Source: Legionellaceae bacterium UBA6148 (GTDB lineage: Bacteria; Pseudomonadota; Gammaproteobacteria; Legionellales; Legionellaceae). From it: 64,000 nucleotides of DNA. This document shows positions 17,957 to 29,244 of the stretch, one piece after another (positions within the stretch are counted from its first letter, which is position 1; every line of letters begins with the position of its first letter). The stretch is from assembly GCA_002423125.1 (NCBI GenBank), contig DIUW01000061.1, positions 197-64,196 of the forward strand. Reading direction: 5' to 3'. Made by a program: the position numbers and the translations under genes. The notes under the pieces are model-generated. The model was not told the DNA's origin and did not search any database. It was given only the letters and a program-made list of their open reading frames with translations.

Positions 17957-20900
17957 ATGAAAGAAAAAAAAAATGACGCAGTAGTGCCTGAAACCAATGA
18001 AAGAAAAAAATTTATGGCTCAATATAGGCGAGCTGTTGTTGATAGTAATGGACTAATGACATTACCCGGAATCACGATGACCTTATTTGGAAAGGGCGTT
18101 AAGGGGGCGTTTAATCTAATACGCTCTGGTTCAGATAAAGAGTTTGAAACTTTTTTGGGCAAAGAAATCATTAAAGTCATTGAGGATATTAATCCAAACT
18201 TACACGACATCACTAAGAAGTTTCTATCGATCAAAGATGGCGTCAGCATTGATGGCATGTATCAAGAAATTAAACCCCTATTGGATACGCTATTTAACAA
18301 AAAGATCGGGGGCTTTGGTGTAAGCTTGAATGAAATGGGCATTCAAAGAGACTATTTATCAGAAGCCTTTATCAAGCAAGAAATCCTTCCTATTGTTGCC
18401 GTTCTACGAGATATCCCCAAATTTTGTAAATCCATCAAAGATAAAGACATTCTCGGTAAGCTTAACGATGTAAAATCGCAGTTGCATGCTCATTTGGAGC
18501 ATGATGTTCATTTTGAAGTGCGTAAGCACTTAAGAGCAAAGAATGATGGTTTTTACGCGGTTCATGACAATGATCCTGCTTTAGTTTCTCAGATTAAAAA
18601 AATCTTAAATGCCATACAGCATGTAGAGAAATCGTTATTATTTACGAACAATTTGGATTTAAATCCTGACAGTGGTTTCAAATTAGAATCTTTGTTGCAA
18701 AAAAAAGGAACAAAGCAAGTCCACTTCATGGCGAGGGTTGTATGGGAGCTTGCCATAAAAGATTCGCCACTTGGTCAGCAGTTGCATTTCAATTTTGACT
18801 TGGAGGAATCAGAGAGGAAATTTATCGATGATGTTGAAGAGCTCATTCAGCATGCCCATGAAGCGCAGTCCTCTCTTTTTGAAATTGATATTCCGATGTA
18901 TCAAGTGTTTGTTCAAGAGTTATATGGAATCGGTGAAATCATTCAATCATTACATGCCTTTACGGGACCGAATAGGAATGAAGTTGAGGGCAAACTCAAG
19001 AATTTGGATCGGGTTACTCAAACGGTTGGTGATTATGTTGGTCAATCACTTGGGACATTTATTGACCAGTTGAAACCCCATGCAGGAAAAGCAGATTACA
19101 GTTTTTTAATTCGTCACTCAGGGCTACTTCCTGGCTATTTAGATAAATTGACACAGTTAATCCGTGTTTATGGAGCTGGAGAACCATCATCCGCATTGGC
19201 ACTTGATCCGACTGAAACCGAAACGTTTAAGAATTCAGCTATCAATTTGTTTCTTGAGTTGGATGGGTTTGATGATTTATTTCTGTTTCAGAAAGGTACA
19301 TCATTATTGTTTCCCGTTCGTAAAGAAGGAGTGACCCTAGGGCAAGGAGCGTATCAGCAAGTACAGCGCGTGCAAGATGCAACGGGCGAGATGATAGTCT
19401 ATCAATTAAATAGGATAAAACACGACGTATTTGCGCGCATATTACGTGAATCAGATAAAATAGAACAGTATTCTGGTCTTGTACCGGGTGTGATATCTAA
19501 GCCCCTAATGCAACAGTTAAATAAAATGTACCAAACAATGGTAGTCTATGCTAATTCGATTATCGACTTAAAAGAAAAGCATCCCGATTTGCTTCAATTA
19601 GATAACGCGTCTTTTTTGATACAGCGGTTACAACATATTCTTCAACAGAAAAATGAGTGCGAACTTAAAGTGAAAGAGGCTGAAGAAGCCAAGCAAGCTA
19701 TTATTTCTTTTAAGAGTCAAATAGAGTCAATACCTAATCATGATGTAACGACTATTTCTACTGAACAATTGGATGCTTTAAACCGAAAGTATCAACAGTT
19801 CAAGCGCTTTGTTATCAACTATAATCCGAAACTGAGCGTTTTGCTGGATCAGCAGTTTGTTGTGACATTGACGATGACCGCCGATATTAATTTAATGTTA
19901 CAAAACGTGCTTAATCAATGTAATAAAGAAATAGCAACATACATCTGCTATATCGGTATGGCAGATGCTCAACTCACGGCTTTACCAAAGCAGACCAAAG
20001 AAAGTTTATATGCATTAGACCCCAGTAAAGTACATTCTATCCTTATCATCAATGAACCGGTTTGGCTCAACGGGCGATCGATATTGGATAATACAGAACA
20101 ACCTGAGGCTCATCATTTTAGCGAAAGGCATCAATTTATTACGGATTTAACAATGAAGGAAGGGAGTGATCGAGCTAAATTATATCATGATCATCGAACA
20201 CGATCTCTAACGCTCCAGTTTATTCATCATGAAATCGAGTTATTTCAGAAGCAATTGGAAAATTATGACTGGATTGACGAGCGCATAAAGTTGAATGCAA
20301 TTATTGAGCGGTATCGTGTTATTCAACCCTATTTAGTTGATTCGCTGGAACCGAATGAGATGATTGATCCTGAGTGTGTTGAACTGTTCGTTCAGTTAAC
20401 ACAAAATATAAAATTACCTGATTTATCTAATATTAAACGAATCATAACGATATTACGATCGAATTACCTAAAGAAATTGGACACTATTGTACTGGATGAA
20501 TCTAAGCGATCGGAATATCGCCAATTACTGTTTCAGTTTTCTCACCAAAAAGAACTTGAAAGAAAGACAACGTTGTTTGGTGATGCCCCACTTACACTGG
20601 AGAGTGAGCTGGTTAAACGCCAAGATAAATGGATTCGTCATCAACGCTTATCAAAGGCTTCAGCAGGAATAAAAGGCACTTTATACAATTTGTTGAGCAT
20701 TTTCGATCCGGCGCTTAATTTGGATAAAGTGAAACAATCGACGATGGTTCCTTTTCCGGAAATGGAAAATTCATTGGAAGCGCTTGAGATGCCCAGACAA
20801 ATGTCTTGGATTAAGCGAACGCTCAATGTGGTGCATTATTTAAATAGCAGTTTTGAATACCTTGAGTCCTTAGATCGAAATATTAGAAAAAAAACGGTCA

Positions 20901-22810
20901 CTCAGTATTTTTTAAAAGGTCCGTTGATTGATGGGATATACCAGATTAAGCCATATATTGAAATAAGCAAGGCATACCAGGCGCTTATGGAGCTCATTCA
21001 AGATCCAGTAGGTCAGCAATTTTTTTATGCTTTAAAAGATAATTACGGGACTTTACAAGATATTTGGACACAACTGAGCCCGTTATATGCAGCGAGCTCA
21101 GAATCAGTTTCAGTTGATAATCCAAACCCCGTTGAAATAAAGGGGTTTTGGTATCCGATGTTGTCATTAATGGTAGTGCCAGAACATTTAAAAACACTGT
21201 CTACTGGTAAGACCTATGGACGCACTCAAGCGGAGTCAGCACAGCAAGAAGCTAAAAAAATGTCCCAGTATATCGAAGAAGTGATTCATTCGTTTCAAGC
21301 AGGGCAGTATTTCCAATTGTTTCTTAAAAGTCCGTATATGCTTTTTAACTTTTTACCTCAGTTAAAGGATAAATTGGATACGTTTCGGCAGAGCACGCAC
21401 AAAATCACCTTGAGCCATTTAAAAGATATTCAAGCCGTATTGCAGGAGGCATTAGTTGCGACGGACGAGTGGGAAATTAAATTAGGATTACGTGCAGGCT
21501 CTATGTCTGCTCCAATGAAGAAGATTCTCGATCAATTATTCAACCGTTTTATCGAACCTTTAGGACTTAGTCTGAAAGTACGTGCCGGGCTCGTGACAAA
21601 CGTCGTGTCGTTTAATAAGCGATTGAGCGCGATTGAACAGAAGCAACAAACACAGTCAAAGATTGTTGAGGCTGAGTATCAGGCATTCAAAAGCTTAGAT
21701 GAGTTTCTGAATATCATCGAAGGCATTAAAGATCGATTAGATTTAAATCAGGGTATTCCGTCTACTGAACAATTTATTCAGAAGTATTGGGCGATCTATC
21801 CATTGTTACAGTCTCAGCAGAGCCGCTATGAACTCGCGATGGATCAACGTGATAAGTCAGAAGCGCTTGACCGTTTTTGTAACCATTGTCTGATAACAAA
21901 TTTGAACGCGGATACTGTAGCCGGCAATGCCCATCATTATCCTCAGCTGAAGAATATCTTGCATTTAGTGAAACATGTTCGAGCGTCTAAAATAGGTAAT
22001 TTGAATACGCTAAAGGTGACTCGTGATCATCTGAACAGCCAGGCTTTGCTGATTGAGAACGCAAAGAAAGAGGATGAGGTTGCTGAAAAAGAACGATTGA
22101 AAGAATGTGTTCATCTCGTCATCGAAACTCAAATGGAAGCCATTTTTAAACGAGTGAATCAATCATTTTATTTGAAGTCTGAATACAAACGTGAGTTGTA
22201 TACATCGTTACGCACCACAGAAAGAAAAATTTTGGCCAAAGCTCAAACATGTCCTATCCACAAAATGGAGCAGATGATTACAGATGAGCTGCAGGCACAG
22301 TTGTATGTGTTTTCAAAAAAAGAACACATACAGCTCTGTCAATTGGAAAGCATTATCAGTTCAATTGAACGATTCATGCTCTATTGTCGACGAGAATCCC
22401 TGAATCCGATCTATGAAAGTGCAGAGACGTTAGCGGTTAAATTAAGTCTATTGAAGCATCTGAAAGACATTGTGAATGACGATAGTCAACCGCTAAATGA
22501 TCGACTGGATAAAGTTAAAAAAGAAGCGGAATGTGCAAGCTTCCGCACTATTTTAATGGCGCATGAATCTCATTTTAAAGGTGATTTAAAATCATTGATT
22601 CGTTTGATCATCGATTTATTACATCCCATTTTAAATTTTTTTGGGGAGTTGCAGCGCCCACAGGATTTTTGTGAGTCACTTTCCCAAGAGATTAAAGGGA
22701 ATAAACTGATGGCAAAACGATCACTTTCTTTCCATATGGGATTATTTCCTCGAACACCGGATGATCCGATTGGCAGCCCGAGTAAAACGAAAAGTAACCA
22801 AGTTAAATAA
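17957..22810 (+). CDS. Giant hypothetical protein (1617 aa), mostly helical, no recognised catalytic motif; candidate translocated effector
   Basis: Uninterrupted 4.85 kb ORF with no Walker or other motif seen. All internal opposite-frame ORFs are short. Confidence 0.8.
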   Translation: MKEKKNDAVVPETNERKKFMAQYRRAVVDSNGLMTLPGITMTLFGKGVKGAFNLIRSGSDKEFETFLGKEIIKVIEDINPNLHDITKKFLSIKDGVSIDGMYQEIKPLLDTLFNKKIGGFGVSLNEMGIQRDYLSEAFIKQEILPIVAVLRDIPKFCKSIKDKDILGKLNDVKSQLHAHLEHDVHFEVRKHLRAKNDGFYAVHDNDPALVSQIKKILNAIQHVEKSLLFTNNLDLNPDSGFKLESLLQKKGTKQVHFMARVVWELAIKDSPLGQQLHFNFDLEESERKFIDDVEELIQHAHEAQSSLFEIDIPMYQVFVQELYGIGEIIQSLHAFTGPNRNEVEGKLKNLDRVTQTVGDYVGQSLGTFIDQLKPHAGKADYSFLIRHSGLLPGYLDKLTQLIRVYGAGEPSSALALDPTETETFKNSAINLFLELDGFDDLFLFQKGTSLLFPVRKEGVTLGQGAYQQVQRVQDATGEMIVYQLNRIKHDVFARILRESDKIEQYSGLVPGVISKPLMQQLNKMYQTMVVYANSIIDLKEKHPDLLQLDNASFLIQRLQHILQQKNECELKVKEAEEAKQAIISFKSQIESIPNHDVTTISTEQLDALNRKYQQFKRFVINYNPKLSVLLDQQFVVTLTMTADINLMLQNVLNQCNKEIATYICYIGMADAQLTALPKQTKESLYALDPSKVHSILIINEPVWLNGRSILDNTEQPEAHHFSERHQFITDLTMKEGSDRAKLYHDHRTRSLTLQFIHHEIELFQKQLENYDWIDERIKLNAIIERYRVIQPYLVDSLEPNEMIDPECVELFVQLTQNIKLPDLSNIKRIITILRSNYLKKLDTIVLDESKRSEYRQLLFQFSHQKELERKTTLFGDAPLTLESELVKRQDKWIRHQRLSKASAGIKGTLYNLLSIFDPALNLDKVKQSTMVPFPEMENSLEALEMPRQMSWIKRTLNVVHYLNSSFEYLESLDRNIRKKTVTQYFLKGPLIDGIYQIKPYIEISKAYQALMELIQDPVGQQFFYALKDNYGTLQDIWTQLSPLYAASSESVSVDNPNPVEIKGFWYPMLSLMVVPEHLKTLSTGKTYGRTQAESAQQEAKKMSQYIEEVIHSFQAGQYFQLFLKSPYMLFNFLPQLKDKLDTFRQSTHKITLSHLKDIQAVLQEALVATDEWEIKLGLRAGSMSAPMKKILDQLFNRFIEPLGLSLKVRAGLVTNVVSFNKRLSAIEQKQQTQSKIVEAEYQAFKSLDEFLNIIEGIKDRLDLNQGIPSTEQFIQKYWAIYPLLQSQQSRYELAMDQRDKSEALDRFCNHCLITNLNADTVAGNAHHYPQLKNILHLVKHVRASKIGNLNTLKVTRDHLNSQALLIENAKKEDEVAEKERLKECVHLVIETQMEAIFKRVNQSFYLKSEYKRELYTSLRTTERKILAKAQTCPIHKMEQMITDELQAQLYVFSKKEHIQLCQLESIISSIERFMLYCRRESLNPIYESAETLAVKLSLLKHLKDIVNDDSQPLNDRLDKVKKEAECASFRTILMAHESHFKGDLKSLIRLIIDLLHPILNFFGELQRPQDFCESLSQEIKGNKLMAKRSLSFHMGLFPRTPDDPIGSPSKTKSNQVK

Positions 22811-22850
22811 AAGCGTTGTTGATGTTCCAACTTTATTTCTGGAGATTGTT

Positions 22851-25800
22851 ATGTTTTTAACAAAAGAAGCCATTTATAAACAATTGTTCTATGAGTTCAT
22901 CCATTATAAAGAATTAGCTCTTTCTCCAGGAAAGCCCGCCGAACTTATACCGGGCACTATTTTAGGCAGCTCAATTAAAGAAGACGGATCCTTGGGCATT
23001 GGATGGGCTGAGCAACAATTAAGATCCCATCTAAGGAATATTGGTAATCCAAATGAAAGTCGTCAATTTGATGATTTACTAACGGATTTGATTGATTATA
23101 AACAGGCAACAGAAAAACAAGGTAACCCTTTTAGTTTATTTAAAAATCAAGCGAATATTACTCCGTCTCATCCCTGTGCCTGGATGGTATTTGCGCCATT
23201 ACTACTTCGGTCATCAGAAGAAGAAATGTCCTACGACAGCAAGGAAGGTTTTTTGAGCTATTTGAAACACCCTAAAATTGCATTTTCATTTAAAGTGAAA
23301 GACATTCCTATCGAAAGAACAGGGTTGTATATTGCGGTAAAGACGGCGAACCATGAAATGGTCAATGCATTTTTATGCCCAGAATTTTGTCAATATAAAT
23401 TGACATTGGATAATCTGAAAACGTTTCTATCTCTGACTGATGATCCAAAAACACGTCTCGCATTGTTTCAGCATACGGATCAATTTTTTGATTGGCTTAC
23501 AACAGATGCAGTACTTCAAAACAAAGTCGTCGTGAGCATGGATGAATTGCAAGTCTTATGGGCGAGTTGGACTGAAGTGCAGCGGTTAAATTTTATAAAC
23601 ACGACCACCTCATCATTGTGGCTTAATTTGTTAAATAACCAGTTAAGTAGGAAAAAAATAGAGTCACTTTTAGGGCCAACATGTTTTATCATTTTAAAAA
23701 ATAAATTAGCAAGCGATCAATTTATACAGCATGCCGATCAACTTAGTCAGGTAGTACATTATTTAGATCGAAACATGCAGTTTAGTTACCTTTTGAGTAT
23801 TAACAATATCGATGCACTCTACCCGCAACAATCACGCGAAGAACATTTTGAAAATCTGCTGGCATCTCTTGGATATCGAAAAACGAAGAACAATAGGATT
23901 AAAACCACGCGTTACCTGTTGCCTCTCGAGTTAGAAAGCGTGCATGATCGGCTGATTCAAGCATTGATTTCTCTCCCAATACCATTATCCACGCTTCTTG
24001 ATGCATTGAAAAAAATTGATGAATTTGTTCACGATAAAAAAGGAATGAGTGAATATAATGCGTCTTTAGGGGCTATTGTTCAACACCTAGCGAAAGTAGA
24101 ATACGATAAGAGTTCATTTATAAAACGTTGGTTTGATCGGTTGCTACGTTTCTTGAATATCAACAAAGAATCCCCCCTCCATCCTTATGTGGATGATTTA
24201 AAACACCTTATCGATACAGAGACGCCTCCTCAAATAGTCACCGGTGATGTGATGCTGACCATCTTACCGTCAGTTGAGGATTTACAGGTCTATAATCCCG
24301 TATTAACGGCTCTCATAAATCAAAATATCGGTGATTTTTGGAACAAAATGCCCGAAGAATATCGTCAAGAAATCGTTAAGGATCCAATACGATTCGACGG
24401 GTTGCTGCAGCTCCTCTCTAAGCCCCGTGATCGTCGTGGTGATTTGCTTAAAGCGTTAGATCCCCTTTCGTTGAATTACTTTAATACAGCAAAAGGTATG
24501 CACCAATTGCTCTTAGAAACGCCTTCTTTTGATCCCAGTTCATATCATCTGAAGGAACTCGTAGAAAAAATGGAGAAGAATGGACTTGTTTTTTGTGATG
24601 ATCCTCAGATGGTTGTCGCATTGTTATCGGATGATGAGCGCGTGTTTGATCATATCGCATCACATTTACTATACCCTGATGCCAGCTGGTACATTCAGGT
24701 TATTGAAGCAATGCCTAGTCCTTTGAGTCAGATTCATTTTGCTCGATTTATACAAAAGACTCGAATGGATGCTCAATGCTTTCGGGGGTTAATGGAAGCC
24801 ATCAATACAACAAACCCGTCGTTAGTATCCCAATGCTGGAATGCTGTGCCTGTGGAGGCATGGAGTCGATGGTATGGTTCATTGGAGCATGTGGGCGAAT
24901 GGCAAGGTTATTTAAAGTTGCTTGATGTTGAGGATCGAGTTGATTTTTTTGACAAACTTTCGGGGGGCAGAGGGTTAAGTGCCCAACAGTTTTGTGATTT
25001 ATTATTAAGTAAGGGGGATAAAATTTATTTTTTATGGGATCGTTTGACCGAAAATCAATGGGCTACTTGGCTAACAGCAAACGGTATTCCTCGTACATCA
25101 AAACAGTTATTAGATAAAGTACAGTTTCCTCTCAGACTCCATTTATTTAAAGCGATGCTGAACATGAATCCTGCTGAGCGTGCTGATTTATGCGTAACTC
25201 CCGATAAAACGATTGATATTTTTTATCCAAAAGAAGTCGCGGACATTATTTCAAAGTCAACGAGTGACGCTATTTTACGAACTTATTTGGCAGCACTTAA
25301 AAAAGATAAGATTGAACATTTTAATGGTCATTTACAAACAATAGTGAACGATCTAAATCATTTGGAGCAGAAACTATTTAATTTATCAATGAGTGATTTA
25401 AAAGAGAAAACCGGCTTCTTGTTTAGGCTATCTATATTGATTAAAAAAGACCCGGATCTCACTGAGCTAAAGACAGCCGCAATGGGTATTGCAAGTAAGC
25501 TTGAGGCTATTTCCACTAATCCGTTTTTGCCAGAAATTAATAAAATTCCTCGATCGGCTGCCCTCGCGGCCTCCATGCGTGCAAGTTTAGAGAATATCGG
25601 TCAGTTGTTCATACAGTTTAATGACGTTGAACCAGACAACATGAGCAATAAATTGGAGTCGAGACTAAAAAGAATTGCCGTTATTATCGAAGCAATGGAA
25701 AAAATATGTGAGTTCGATAGGCCATTTGCATCCGATGCGTGGAGTGTTGGGGGGTCGAAAATAGTCTTGTTGCAGCAAGTGAAAGAAATTATAGATGACC

Positions 25801-26168
25801 TCGTGCAACAACTCGATGCTTTTCACTTAACGCACATGACTCGTTTTTTTCAACCTGCGAGTGTCGCGTCGAGCAATCACCAGCAGGCATTAGTCCAAAA
25901 ATTATATCAACTGAATGATTGCATTCAAGCATTGCAGCGAGGATCAGAAGGTCAGCATGATGACATTATGAAACCTTTCTTGGAAGAATGTCATGCGTCA
26001 TTGTCTACGTTAGAATCGAAATACAAAGCATGCTCCAAGGTTTTAAGCATGCCGTTTCAGTTAGATAAACAAAAAACAGCAGCACGAACGCTATTCAATT
26101 TCCTGGATACGTTGGTGCACAATGCGCAGGCAGCAATGAGTGATGCAACATATCCCCATCGGAAATGA
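22851..26168 (+). CDS. Giant hypothetical protein (1105 aa from the chosen start), probably co-transcribed with the 1617 aa gene
   Basis: GGAGA at 22841-22845 lies 5 nt before the ATG at 22851. The start listed in the ORF track (22761) would overlap the upstream gene by 50 nt. No motif recognised. Confidence 0.75.
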   Translation: MFLTKEAIYKQLFYEFIHYKELALSPGKPAELIPGTILGSSIKEDGSLGIGWAEQQLRSHLRNIGNPNESRQFDDLLTDLIDYKQATEKQGNPFSLFKNQANITPSHPCAWMVFAPLLLRSSEEEMSYDSKEGFLSYLKHPKIAFSFKVKDIPIERTGLYIAVKTANHEMVNAFLCPEFCQYKLTLDNLKTFLSLTDDPKTRLALFQHTDQFFDWLTTDAVLQNKVVVSMDELQVLWASWTEVQRLNFINTTTSSLWLNLLNNQLSRKKIESLLGPTCFIILKNKLASDQFIQHADQLSQVVHYLDRNMQFSYLLSINNIDALYPQQSREEHFENLLASLGYRKTKNNRIKTTRYLLPLELESVHDRLIQALISLPIPLSTLLDALKKIDEFVHDKKGMSEYNASLGAIVQHLAKVEYDKSSFIKRWFDRLLRFLNINKESPLHPYVDDLKHLIDTETPPQIVTGDVMLTILPSVEDLQVYNPVLTALINQNIGDFWNKMPEEYRQEIVKDPIRFDGLLQLLSKPRDRRGDLLKALDPLSLNYFNTAKGMHQLLLETPSFDPSSYHLKELVEKMEKNGLVFCDDPQMVVALLSDDERVFDHIASHLLYPDASWYIQVIEAMPSPLSQIHFARFIQKTRMDAQCFRGLMEAINTTNPSLVSQCWNAVPVEAWSRWYGSLEHVGEWQGYLKLLDVEDRVDFFDKLSGGRGLSAQQFCDLLLSKGDKIYFLWDRLTENQWATWLTANGIPRTSKQLLDKVQFPLRLHLFKAMLNMNPAERADLCVTPDKTIDIFYPKEVADIISKSTSDAILRTYLAALKKDKIEHFNGHLQTIVNDLNHLEQKLFNLSMSDLKEKTGFLFRLSILIKKDPDLTELKTAAMGIASKLEAISTNPFLPEINKIPRSAALAASMRASLENIGQLFIQFNDVEPDNMSNKLESRLKRIAVIIEAMEKICEFDRPFASDAWSVGGSKIVLLQQVKEIIDDLVQQLDAFHLTHMTRFFQPASVASSNHQQALVQKLYQLNDCIQALQRGSEGQHDDIMKPFLEECHASLSTLESKYKACSKVLSMPFQLDKQKTAARTLFNFLDTLVHNAQAAMSDATYPHRK

Positions 26169-26194
26169 TGATCCAAGTTATTCATTTACAGTTC

Positions 26195-29119
26195 CTAAAC
26201 TAAACCATGAATACTTGCGTTCTTTTGTTGTTCAAAGTACTGAAGAAAGCATAGCTTTAGATCGTGTAATGCCGATGAAGAATCCTTTCCTTTTAAAAAT
26301 TCAAGATAGATATCCATATCGGTTTTACCTTTTGTAATGTCATTAAAGAAATAAGTGATTTTTTTTGATTCTAGTGATGGATTTTTATTTCTCAAGTGCT
26401 GAATTGCTGCCAAAATCAAAGATCGTGTATCATTGCAATTTTTTTGGATCGGTGCCTTGTTAAAAATGATTTCATTGAGCTCAGACCATATTAAAAATTT
26501 TATCATTTTTCTTGGCTTGTTTCTTACAAAGGTCCCATGAAGGATATCTTGATCATACACTTCCATTGCACGTCGGATACGATTTATTGGGAGTAGGGGA
26601 GGATGCTGGTCTCGACTTTGCAGGAGAGAAAGAGTGCTCAATTGACTGGACTCATCAGAGTGTGTAAGCGAGATGTCATTGGTCTCTCTCATTACAGACC
26701 GTGTTGGCGGGTTGAAAAAGGAGTTGTTTCCACTCTTAAATTCAGCCAACTCTGCGCGCAGCTCTGCTATATCTTTTTGTTGTACAGCCAACTGTTTATC
26801 TTTTTCTTCTAGTGTTTGATGAAGCTTGGATATAATGCTTGATAGGGCATTAATTTTTGTAATTAATTCTAAGACCGTTCGATCAATGTCTTTTGCTACA
26901 GCTTGAACGCTGTGTAGAGCATGGGCGACGCTTCCGCTTTTTAGCGCATATTCTGTTTGAAAAGCGGCGACAATCGTTACTAATCGTTGATAACTTTTTT
27001 GCCGTTCTTCCAAATGCCCTTTCAGTTGTGATAATAACGTCATTTGATGGCTTAGATTCTGTGAGCTGGATGATAGAAGGCTCTGTGTGGCGGCTTCAAT
27101 GAGCTGATTTGCAGTTTCAATATCTTTCATATTGTCCGCATCTAAACTTCTTAATTGCTGTTTAATTTGCTCTCCAAACTTCTCGACAGCATGATCAATC
27201 TCACTTAATCGAGTCTCGGCTGTCTGAACATCTTGTCTCAGTTTGGCCGTATGTAATTTTAAGTGCTCACTCTCGCTTCTTAACGACGTTTCGCGTTCGA
27301 TCATATCTTCTTTTACACGCTGTAACTCTTTAAGAGCGGTATCATACTGCGTTTTTATTTCTGTAACGCTGCTTTCTGTTGCATCTAAACGTTGGCGCAT
27401 CGTCTCAGCAAAGCCAATGATTTCCATTAGTCGCGCATGAACATCAACTCGTTCGCTGGATGTCGAAGTAGGGGCAATAAAATGATCAAATGAGACCGAT
27501 CCGATTTGTGTCACAATTGCATCCATTTGACTTTTTTCAATCTGAGACGCATGTCCCAAACCAAGTGCAGCTTGTAGTAGCTCTATTTTGCTTTTATTAA
27601 ATTCTTGTTGCATGGCAAAAGGGTCAATTATCCTTGAAAAATGACCTTTAAAACTTTGCAGCTCTTGTGTCATGCTGTTTCCATATTGCTTTAACTGCAG
27701 CAGCATGTCACCAATAGGATTTAACCATCCTCCCACTCGTGCTTTACTTCGTTGTCTTACATATTTCTGTATTTCAGTCGAATTTTGTTCAAACGTAGTT
27801 GATACCGCTTGTATCAAATTGTTTAACTGCTTGTGTAGTGATGGGTTGTTGTACAAGCCAAGCTTCCCGACTAGCTGCATAAAATGCTGCAAAACTGACA
27901 TAAATCGAGCAAGTTCATGAGCTTGTTTATACAGCAATAGGGCCGTATTAATAAATTTAAGCTCGGAATCGTGTTGATGAAGTATGTCTTTCAATAAAAA
28001 GGTCGCGCTATGGTTCAGAGTACCATAAGTTGTATTAAACGCCTTTGCAGCCTGTTCATGTTCTAATTCAGATACTTCATTATATAATTTTGACTCATTG
28101 GCAAAGGCACTCATAATATAGCTAAAATAAAGACCATCTTGAGTCGATGAAGCATTGCTCATTAAATTCAGGACTCTATCAGCAAAGGGATTTTTATAGA
28201 GGGTCCCCTCATTTCCTTCATACCCCGGGGACGTGAACTCATGTTGTTGTAAATATGAAACCATTGTTTCGTAGTTGTTTTGAACTGCTTTGGTTAATAG
28301 GATTTCTCTTGATGAGACCCAAGTTAAATCCTGTTGTTTTTCAGCATCACTGCGAGGAATCAACACGATACTCAATAGCATTTTTTTTAATACTTGATAA
28401 AAAGTTTGCGCTGTTTGCTGTATAGAGTCGATTGATGTGCGTAATGGTTTTTCAATGGTGAATCGATCAAACGCGATCGCTACTCTCTCCATCGTTTCAT
28501 TGATATTATGTTCAAGAGCGGTTCTCCTCGCTCCCTTACTTTGTGATGCTTGTGTACTTTGAACGTAAGTATGAAAGGGGGTTGTGATGCCAGTGGCTAT
28601 TTTGGCTTTTAATTCTAAAACACCTTTGTCGGTTAAGTCTGGTTTATTACATATCTCCTCAAATGCTGCAGAGATGCTTTCTTGTAAATACATGAGTACA
28701 TAACTATGATCCACGTCACTTCTTTCAAAGTGATCATCGAGTCGATGCATGATATGCAGTGCTATTTGACAGTGGAGATCCCAAATTAATGTAGCTGCTT
28801 CTTGCAGATTCATGTTTGTTAAAGTTTGTAATCGACGATGATTCAATCCAATTTTTCTACCTAAGTAGGCAATTGATTCTGCTTTTTTAAAAGGCTCTTT
28901 CCCTACAAAAAAACCTTTTCGCAGCAATGGTGTGATCCAATCTTGAGGTGCATTATCTGAAAGAAAATGTTGTTGCATTGAAAGGACGGCATTTTGAGCG
29001 GAGCTGCCTATTTTAGTATCGCCTAATAGGGTTTCGAGTAATTTTGCTGAAAGTGCTTGCCCCACCGCAGTTCCAGCTCCATTTGTTATATCTTTTGTTA
29101 ATTGCCCTGACGAATACAT
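26195..29119 (-). CDS. Large coiled-coil hypothetical protein (974 aa); candidate effector
   Basis: AAGGAG RBS 9 nt upstream of the ATG. The central 300 aa or so is heptad-like and charged (KEDMIERETSLRSESEHLKLHTAKLRQDVQTAETRLSEID ...). Convergent with the 1105 aa gene, 26 bp apart. Confidence 0.8.
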   Translation of the reverse strand: MYSSGQLTKDITNGAGTAVGQALSAKLLETLLGDTKIGSSAQNAVLSMQQHFLSDNAPQDWITPLLRKGFFVGKEPFKKAESIAYLGRKIGLNHRRLQTLTNMNLQEAATLIWDLHCQIALHIMHRLDDHFERSDVDHSYVLMYLQESISAAFEEICNKPDLTDKGVLELKAKIATGITTPFHTYVQSTQASQSKGARRTALEHNINETMERVAIAFDRFTIEKPLRTSIDSIQQTAQTFYQVLKKMLLSIVLIPRSDAEKQQDLTWVSSREILLTKAVQNNYETMVSYLQQHEFTSPGYEGNEGTLYKNPFADRVLNLMSNASSTQDGLYFSYIMSAFANESKLYNEVSELEHEQAAKAFNTTYGTLNHSATFLLKDILHQHDSELKFINTALLLYKQAHELARFMSVLQHFMQLVGKLGLYNNPSLHKQLNNLIQAVSTTFEQNSTEIQKYVRQRSKARVGGWLNPIGDMLLQLKQYGNSMTQELQSFKGHFSRIIDPFAMQQEFNKSKIELLQAALGLGHASQIEKSQMDAIVTQIGSVSFDHFIAPTSTSSERVDVHARLMEIIGFAETMRQRLDATESSVTEIKTQYDTALKELQRVKEDMIERETSLRSESEHLKLHTAKLRQDVQTAETRLSEIDHAVEKFGEQIKQQLRSLDADNMKDIETANQLIEAATQSLLSSSSQNLSHQMTLLSQLKGHLEERQKSYQRLVTIVAAFQTEYALKSGSVAHALHSVQAVAKDIDRTVLELITKINALSSIISKLHQTLEEKDKQLAVQQKDIAELRAELAEFKSGNNSFFNPPTRSVMRETNDISLTHSDESSQLSTLSLLQSRDQHPPLLPINRIRRAMEVYDQDILHGTFVRNKPRKMIKFLIWSELNEIIFNKAPIQKNCNDTRSLILAAIQHLRNKNPSLESKKITYFFNDITKGKTDMDIYLEFLKGKDSSSALHDLKLCFLQYFEQQKNASIHGLV

Positions 29120-29244
29120 AATTGACTACTCCTTCTGAAAATAGAACTCATAGTGACGAAATGATGTTATCCATACGGATTTTTTACTACTAGCTCTAGT
29201 ATCATTCAATTTTTAGCATTAAGTCAAATTGAATTTTCAACGGC

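Noticed and set aside
17743-17997. 84 aa minus-strand ORF considered as a possible HEPN partner of the nucleotidyltransferase.
   Set aside because: It overlaps the 3' end of the MNT gene and the start of the 1617 aa gene. It has no Rx4-6H motif and an implausible composition.
22761-22850. Upstream ATG giving a 1135 aa version of the second giant ORF.
   Set aside because: It would overlap the 1617 aa gene by 50 nt and lacks an RBS. The ATG at 22851 has GGAGA at ideal spacing.
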